From: a virus
Strand: one strand, 5' to 3'
Virus record (IMG/VR): IMGVR_UViG_3300032272_000002
Coordinates: 32,001 to 96,000 of that record
Length of the DNA: 64,000 nt
Made by a program: the position numbers and the translations under genes. Below, piece after piece: positions 58,179-64,000 of this stretch. Under the pieces are notes generated by a model. The model was not told the DNA's origin. It worked only from the letters and a program-made list of their open reading frames with translations, and searched no databases. How positions within the stretch are numbered: the stretch's first letter is position 1; each line of letters opens with the position of its first letter.

Positions 58179-59414
58179 TTATCTCCTCTTCGGGTCGAAT
58201 AGGGCGGCACCAGGAAGCAATGACTCACCCTTCAAAATTTTATCTCGTACAATCATACCAGCCGTGAAGGCGTGTGATACACCGTAGCCGTTGAAACCAG
58301 CAGCGATAAACTCATTTTCCCTGCCGGGAAGTTCTCCTACGAGGGGCATTCGATCCTCTGTGAGACACATAATGCCAGACCATACGTGAGTAAACTTGGC
58401 ATCAATAAATGGTAAGTGATTTTGGAGGAACTCTTTCTGACGCTTAAAAACAGTTTGACTGATTTCGCCGTCATAAATAATACCCTCCTGCTGTCCCCTA
58501 ACGTTCTGTCTTTGTCCTCCAAAAAGGAGGCGACCGCCGTGAGTGCGGAAATAGTCAGAGCCGTTATTACAGGATACACTCATGGTTGGCAACGCTTCGA
58601 TAGCAGACTTAGGCAGGATGTCAGTGGCCACCATCTGGCCTCTGCACGGCGTAAACTTATCCTTCAGTTCTGGCAACAAACCAGACGAGTACGCATTCAT
58701 ACAGTACACTACTTTCTTAGCGTTGATGACTCCCTTGTGTCGAATCGAAACACTCAAACTCCCATCGTCATTTCGGTCAACACTTTCCACACAGGAGTTC
58801 GTAAGCACGCGGGCTCCACTGGTCTCCAGTAGGTCGCGAGTGCCGTTGACAATTTTGTATGGATTTACAGTGGCCTCACAGGGGAGATAGATGCCGCCCA
58901 GGAATCCCTTAGAAGGAAGAAGGGACCGAACCTCAGCCTCAGTCAAGTCGATGCACTTTACGCCAGTTTCTTTTGCAAGATCATTAATAAATGCCGACTC
59001 TCGCCTAAGTAATTCTAACTCCTCAGGGGTCGTCGCCAGTCGGAGGCCACCACCCTGTACGAGATCAGTGTCAAACTTGGTGCGTGTCAGGGCCGAAGTA
59101 AATTTACGAATATTAAGGGCAGAGAATCTTAAGTACTCTTCCGCCGCCCCTTCACCCAGTCTCTCGGCAAGCTCAACGAATAACTCATGCCCTCTAAGCA
59201 TAAGCTGTCCACTAGCTCTACCTGAGGCGTGATATCCTACTGTCGCTTCCTCTAAAAGATAAGCATTAGTAACACCACCCCTTACGAGGTGGAACAATGT
59301 GGAGATACCGGCGATACCGCCACCGATTACTAGAACGTCTACATTCTTAACAAACCCAACCCCGTTGTGGCACTTGGTTGGGCAAGTCTCGAACCAGTAA
59401 TTGCTGTGTTTCAT
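58179..59414 (-). CDS. FAD-dependent oxidoreductase (DadA/PuuB family)
   Basis: VIGGGIAG, ASGRASG, WSGIM, GFNGYG. Confidence 0.85.
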   Translation of the reverse strand: MKHSNYWFETCPTKCHNGVGFVKNVDVLVIGGGIAGISTLFHLVRGGVTNAYLLEEATVGYHASGRASGQLMLRGHELFVELAERLGEGAAEEYLRFSALNIRKFTSALTRTKFDTDLVQGGGLRLATTPEELELLRRESAFINDLAKETGVKCIDLTEAEVRSLLPSKGFLGGIYLPCEATVNPYKIVNGTRDLLETSGARVLTNSCVESVDRNDDGSLSVSIRHKGVINAKKVVYCMNAYSSGLLPELKDKFTPCRGQMVATDILPKSAIEALPTMSVSCNNGSDYFRTHGGRLLFGGQRQNVRGQQEGIIYDGEISQTVFKRQKEFLQNHLPFIDAKFTHVWSGIMCLTEDRMPLVGELPGRENEFIAAGFNGYGVSHAFTAGMIVRDKILKGESLLPGAALFDPKRR

Positions 59415-59737
59415 TTAGAGCATTTCCTCTAGAGAGGGACCGTCCTCCTCGATCTTACCTTCCTGCATGGCACGGAGAACTTTTTTGAGATCTGCTGGTG
59501 ATGGCTCGAAGTGCTGAACCTTGTTGCGATCAATACAAGGGATACAAATATCTGCAAATAGATCAATCGTACCACCCGCGTATGTATCATACGTTTTCTT
59601 TTCTAGCGACACCGTGTGGTCGTGCGGGCGAGTCATACGCTGCTTATCACACTGTGGACAGCGAAAGACACGTTTGCCGCCGAACTGTTCTAGCTGTCTT
59701 TGTCGTTTCGCCTCGCGTGCTTCTCTGGTTTTCTTGC

Positions 59738-60193
59738 TCATCCTGTGCTTCCAAATCCTGCTTCGCCCCTGTTCGACTTGAGAATCTTGGTCGTGTTCTC
59801 AAACGATAGAGGGCCAACATCTTTAATTGTAATGGGGATACGTTTCACAAGCTCAGCTTGTACAATCTTGTCGCCTCTCTTAATATCAAAAGACTTTCGC
59901 TTTCCATCGACCGGCAGCCATCTAACAACCGCCTTAAGAGGACCATGATAATCTTCGTCAATAATACCAGCACCAATGATGATACCTTTAGTGGCAAGGC
60001 CGGAACGCTCACGGAACTCTAGGCCGTAACCCTCGGGTAACACCAGTTTTACGCCTAGATCAATCAGTTTGGTTTCACCTGGATAAATTTCGACATCCTC
60101 GGCGGCATACAGATCCATGCACTGGGCACGGTCTGTCGCCTGCGTCGGAAGCTTTACCCCTTTGTCCGTGCGGAGTACTTGAATCTCAGGCAC
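59738..60193 (-). CDS. dut: dUTPase
   Basis: DLYA, RSGLA, GIIDEDYHG, RGEAGFGSTG; GTG start inferred. Confidence 0.9.
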   Translation of the reverse strand: MPEIQVLRTDKGVKLPTQATDRAQCMDLYAAEDVEIYPGETKLIDLGVKLVLPEGYGLEFRERSGLATKGIIIGAGIIDEDYHGPLKAVVRWLPVDGKRKSFDIKRGDKIVQAELVKRIPITIKDVGPLSFENTTKILKSNRGEAGFGSTG

Positions 60194-60502
60194 CAAGATC
60201 CTCCTCGCGGCCTTCGTCCTTATTCCAGCGGACCCACGTCTTCGGGAAGAGCGTCTTGCCATTGTCGTGCTGGCCGAACGGTAGTTTGGCGTAGCACGAG
60301 CTGCAACGCAGCTCGAAATACTTATGAGCCTTGCCTTTTTTGTCCTCCTGCACACGAACACTATACCTCAGATCCTCGCTTTTGCAACCTCCACATTGAG
60401 AAATCGCGAAAACTTCCTGATATTCGGCCAGCGTCTCGAACAGTTCTTTTTGCCCCTCGGCCTCGACGGTTACGTTACCAGATGTTACAGTTACTTTAGC
60501 CA

Positions 60503-61153
60503 TTATTTATCTGCCTCCTTAGCAGCTAGGAGTTCCTCCTTACGGGCGGAACGCTTAGATTTTTTCTTGGGTGGTAGGGCATTCAAGTAAGACATGGCCG
60601 CACTACCTTCGGCGGTCGTGAATTGTTTCAACTCGAAAATTGAGTTGGCACGGGTCTTGTCTTCTACCACCCTGTTAATGATATCTACCTTTTCAACGCC
60701 ACGCTCATCGCAGAGACGCTCGATTGCGGCAACAATGCTGGACTCCACCGGCTTGTCCGGTGAGGCGTCGAGACTTGTCTCGGCAAAGCCGATCTCCTCT
60801 GCGGAAAGCATGCGAATTCCGAGTGCTTTCCGCAGGCTACGTGCTTCGGCACGAGACTCTGCAACAGCCGTGGGGAAGTTAACGAATGGCTCAGTACAGT
60901 TAGCAGGGCCACAATCAGCAGCACCATCCCACTCAGTACCGTCATCAAAAACAGTGGTATAAATACACTGAACCAGCTTGGGAGATGGCGTCATGATCTG
61001 ACACTTACTCTTAATGATACCGGCTTCCTCCCCCAGTCGTTGTAGCCCCCTGAGTAAAACAACTTGCATCGTCTTACCCTTGTCTTTTCGGTCTGCTACC
61101 TCGTCAGGCTGTAGTTCTTTTTCCCAGTCTGTGTCTTTACGTGTTTTACTCAT
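60503..61153 (-). CDS. putative Rad52/Sak-like ssDNA-annealing protein
   Basis: AVAESRAEARSLRKALGI helix motif. Confidence 0.5.
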   Translation of the reverse strand: MSKTRKDTDWEKELQPDEVADRKDKGKTMQVVLLRGLQRLGEEAGIIKSKCQIMTPSPKLVQCIYTTVFDDGTEWDGAADCGPANCTEPFVNFPTAVAESRAEARSLRKALGIRMLSAEEIGFAETSLDASPDKPVESSIVAAIERLCDERGVEKVDIINRVVEDKTRANSIFELKQFTTAEGSAAMSYLNALPPKKKSKRSARKEELLAAKEADK

Positions 61154-61884
61154 GATTGAATAGTCTTAGATTTTCCTTTAAAGGATTTGATTTCGTCATA
61201 CACACGCTGGCATCTTGCTCTTGAAAGTGAATTAGAAATCTGCTCCACAATAAGGACTCTGTATTTGACGGCGTTGAGGTCTCCTGCGAGACGCTCGTAT
61301 CGTGCATTAAGTTTTTCTTGAGCCTCGGGTCCGTATACGGAGACGGGCGGCACCAGCTCGATTACCACCCGTTCCTTCTGGAGTATAATGTCAGAAACAT
61401 GCCCTGGTGTCAAGCTACTACTGGAAGTTACTTCGTGTCCATGCTCGGTTAAAAACTCAGCTAGAAGCGTGCCGAATTTGGACAAGCTACCCGCCTTGGG
61501 ACGGGGTGCATCTCGAAGCTGTGACATTTTAGCACGGCGGCCTTTTCCAGTGGCCTGTTTCCACTCGGCACGCCGTAAATTAGCCAACTTCTCCTTTTGT
61601 TTCTCGCCATCATTCGAGTCCCAATATTCCCTTGAAGAAGTAGAGATCTTATTCTTCACATCGTCAGAATGTGTGCTACCAAGTCGTTGGTGGCCAGACT
61701 TTTCAATATGAAGTTTTTGAGCCTCACTCCGTGAGCGACGTTTGACGCCAAGCTTACGCATATGATAATATAACGTAGACTTGGCCATCTTTAGATGGTC
61801 AGCCATCTCACCAACTGACATTTTGTCTGCCAGTTGTTCAAGGTATTCCTTACTAAACTGCATTACTTCCGTAGTGTGTCCCAA
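61150..61884 (-). CDS. HTH/NUMOD3-like + nuclease-like protein (homing-endonuclease-like)
   Basis: HTH, HSDDVKNKIS, DII...VIE. Confidence 0.5.
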   Translation of the reverse strand: MGHTTEVMQFSKEYLEQLADKMSVGEMADHLKMAKSTLYYHMRKLGVKRRSRSEAQKLHIEKSGHQRLGSTHSDDVKNKISTSSREYWDSNDGEKQKEKLANLRRAEWKQATGKGRRAKMSQLRDAPRPKAGSLSKFGTLLAEFLTEHGHEVTSSSSLTPGHVSDIILQKERVVIELVPPVSVYGPEAQEKLNARYERLAGDLNAVKYRVLIVEQISNSLSRARCQRVYDEIKSFKGKSKTIQS

Positions 61885-62471
61885 TTTAACCTTACTCCGA
61901 GACGTTCAGCTTCGGACTTCAGTTCGCGGGCACTGGCGTTGTACTTTTGAATACAAAAATTAATACCACGGTTCACGAGGTCATTCTTATATGAAGAAAT
62001 GATATCGGCATCAAAGGAGTCGCGGCCATCTAGCTCTAGACGCCAATCCATAATGGTGGTACGTTGGGCGACCGACTCTTCCTGTTGTTTGTCGAACAGG
62101 CGTTGGCGATCCGCATCTTCTTGACGAACCATGTCGCCGTCAAGATCCGCACGATTGGCTGCACGCTTAGCTGCGGCGGCCTCCCTCTTCTTATTTTCTA
62201 ATTCCTCCAGGCGTCGTTGTGCGACAGCCTCAGCTTCCCGCTGCTTCTGAATGTTCTCACGAATACGTGCTTGGACGGACTCCTCTGTCTCGGTGGCTAA
62301 TCGCCTCAGAGCACGACGAGCGTCGTCAGGGTTTTCTACTCCTAATTGTTCTTTCAGAGCGTCTACCTCACGGGGAGATAGGTTCAGCTCACGCTGGAAG
62401 TACACGGGTGAGCGTACCTCTGATACGAGTTGAAAAAATCTTTCCTTCTGTCTTAATGTTAGTTCTTCCAT
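61863..62471 (-). CDS. hypothetical coiled-coil protein
   Basis: GGAGG SD; ORF. Confidence 0.65.
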   Translation of the reverse strand: MEELTLRQKERFFQLVSEVRSPVYFQRELNLSPREVDALKEQLGVENPDDARRALRRLATETEESVQARIRENIQKQREAEAVAQRRLEELENKKREAAAAKRAANRADLDGDMVRQEDADRQRLFDKQQEESVAQRTTIMDWRLELDGRDSFDADIISSYKNDLVNRGINFCIQKYNASARELKSEAERLGVRLNWDTLRK

Positions 62472-62479
62472 ATTTCCTC

Positions 62480-63565
62480 CTAGCCGACAAATTCGTCAGC
62501 CTTTCTAAAAAAGGCGGGATCGGGTGACTGTAAGTGATGGTCATATCGACACATCTTATCGACTAATTCGTCGAATTGACACTCCGGTTTCCAGCCTAAT
62601 AGGTCTTCGGCCTTACGTGGATCACCCAGTAATACGTCAATGTCTTTTGGACGCATAAATGCGGGGTTGATCTCAAGTACTTCATTGGGGTCTAGCTCAA
62701 ACCAACGGCATGCCGCCTCGTAAAATTTACGAACGGAATGAGTATTACCAGTAGCAATTACGAAGTCGTCTGGCTCGTCGGTTTGCAACATTAAGTGCAT
62801 AGCCTTTACGTAATCACCAGAGAATCCCCAGTCTCGACAAGCATCCATATTGCCAAGCTGAATCTTGTCTTGCAGGCCCCACTTAATACGTGCAAGTTGG
62901 CTCGTAATCTTTCGCGTGACGAAATTTTCGCCACGCAAAGGGCTTTCGTGGTTGAACAGGATGCCAGTCACGGCGAACATATCAAATGAACGACGATAGC
63001 ATGATGTCATATTAAAACCAAACACCTTCGCTACCGCATAGGGTGACTCAGGTGCCATGGTTGAGGTCTCACTAAGCTTTACCGTGCCTTGTTCTGGTTG
63101 AACCCCCATGCCGCGATAACCGACACCAGGAACATAGGCCCTTTCGTTGCCCGTGGGGAGCGAGTTGCCAAACTGCTCACTGCTACCAGCCTGGTAGAAC
63201 TTACAGTCTGGCTTAGTCTGGCGAATAGCCTCAAGGCAGTTCAGCACGCCAAGTCCGGTAATGTCGGCAGTAGATACTGGATATTCCCACGATAATGCTA
63301 CGTGCGACTGTGCCGCCAGATGATAAAATTCATCTGGTTGAAATTTAGAGACCACCGCCTGGATGCTGGGAAGGTCAGTAATGTCTCCGTGTACTAGATG
63401 TAGGTTGGGACTGCCTTTTAGGGTACGCAGTCTAATATCACTAGGTGTAGATGTCCTACGAATAATACCGACGACACGATACCCTAGATCGAGAAGGTGT
63501 CTCGTTAAATAAAAGCCATCCTGGCCAGTGATTCCAGTGATGACTGCTGTCTTGCTATTTTCCAT
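62480..63565 (-). CDS. gmd: GDP-mannose 4,6-dehydratase
   Basis: ITGITGQDG, LAAQSHV, SPYAVAK, FNHESPLRGENFVTRKI. Confidence 0.95.
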   Translation of the reverse strand: MENSKTAVITGITGQDGFYLTRHLLDLGYRVVGIIRRTSTPSDIRLRTLKGSPNLHLVHGDITDLPSIQAVVSKFQPDEFYHLAAQSHVALSWEYPVSTADITGLGVLNCLEAIRQTKPDCKFYQAGSSEQFGNSLPTGNERAYVPGVGYRGMGVQPEQGTVKLSETSTMAPESPYAVAKVFGFNMTSCYRRSFDMFAVTGILFNHESPLRGENFVTRKITSQLARIKWGLQDKIQLGNMDACRDWGFSGDYVKAMHLMLQTDEPDDFVIATGNTHSVRKFYEAACRWFELDPNEVLEINPAFMRPKDIDVLLGDPRKAEDLLGWKPECQFDELVDKMCRYDHHLQSPDPAFFRKADEFVG

Positions 63566-64000
63566 GTGCTCTATACCACTCAATTGTTTTACTCAAACCC
63601 TCTTCGAGAGAGACTCGCGGTTCCCACCGCAATACATTACTTGCACGAGTGATATCGAGGCTGCGTCTAGGTTGTCCATCAGGGTTCCGATTGTCAAATA
63701 AGATCTCAGCATCATATCCTCCTACCTTCTTTACTAACTCCGCAAGATCGCGGATACTTATTTCTTGTCCCGTACCAATATTGATAGGCTCTGGCCCTGT
63801 GTTCTTATTAAGAGAGATAGAAATAGCTCTTGCAAGGTCGCTCGCATGGAGGAACTCGCGGGACGCTTTGCCGCTGCCCCACAAATTCACACACGTAGGC
63901 GACGGGACACCGTTCGGTGATTGGTCTGGATTCTCAAACTTCGCAATCAGTGCTGGAATGACATGACTACTATACAGGTCAAAATGGTCAAACTCTCCGT
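63555..64000 (-). CDS. fcl: GDP-L-fucose synthase (5' part lies outside the window)
   Basis: SHVIPALI, WGSGKASREFLH, NIGTG.EISI, PDGQPRR. Confidence 0.9.
   Translation of the reverse strand, partial: GEFDHFDLYSSHVIPALIAKFENPDQSPNGVPSPTCVNLWGSGKASREFLHASDLARAISISLNKNTGPEPINIGTGQEISIRDLAELVKKVGGYDAEILFDNRNPDGQPRRSLDITRASNVLRWEPRVSLEEGLSKTIEWYRAHGK

Noticed and set aside
44363-63966. Plus-strand ORFs within the minus-strand block, and most minus-strand ORFs in 1-43.9 kb
   Set aside because: They are antisense shadows of well-supported genes.
1-64000. Genome-wide TAG reassignment
   Set aside because: Conserved enzymes are intact in the standard code and several end at TAG at their expected C-termini. 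Only Pth2 shows an internal TAG.
1-64000. CRISPR array, IS element or integrase
   Set aside because: No regularly spaced direct repeats and no transposase or recombinase motifs were seen.

Overview
This 64 kb window is an internal fragment of a large (jumbo-like) tailed-phage genome; the host cannot be determined from the sequence. The + strand (1-43.9 kb) is a dense accessory region under sigma70-type promoters. It holds 27 tRNA genes covering all 20 amino acids plus an amber (CUA) suppressor, several non-canonical tRNA-like RNAs, and a ~1.45 kb structured non-coding RNA. It also encodes a MoxR-like AAA+/VWA pair, DNA ligase, rIIA, SSB, a tRNA-repair set, a sigma factor, Map, Def, Pth2, a bL12 domain and PhoH. 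The - strand (44-64 kb) carries virion-type Ser-Gly-rich proteins, ThyX, class II RNR, dUTPase and gmd/fcl. The most striking signal is that 17 unrelated small proteins spread over 35 kb all end in the same C-terminal peptide, F-x-L-x-G-A-L-stop. It is written with varied synonymous codons, so it is conserved at the protein level and looks like a shared tag or docking system. A second candidate system is a Pth2 gene interrupted by TAG at codon 3, followed by a second ATG-NNN-TAG minigene, with an amber suppressor tRNA 600 bp upstream. All product calls come from motif recognition by eye, not database searches.
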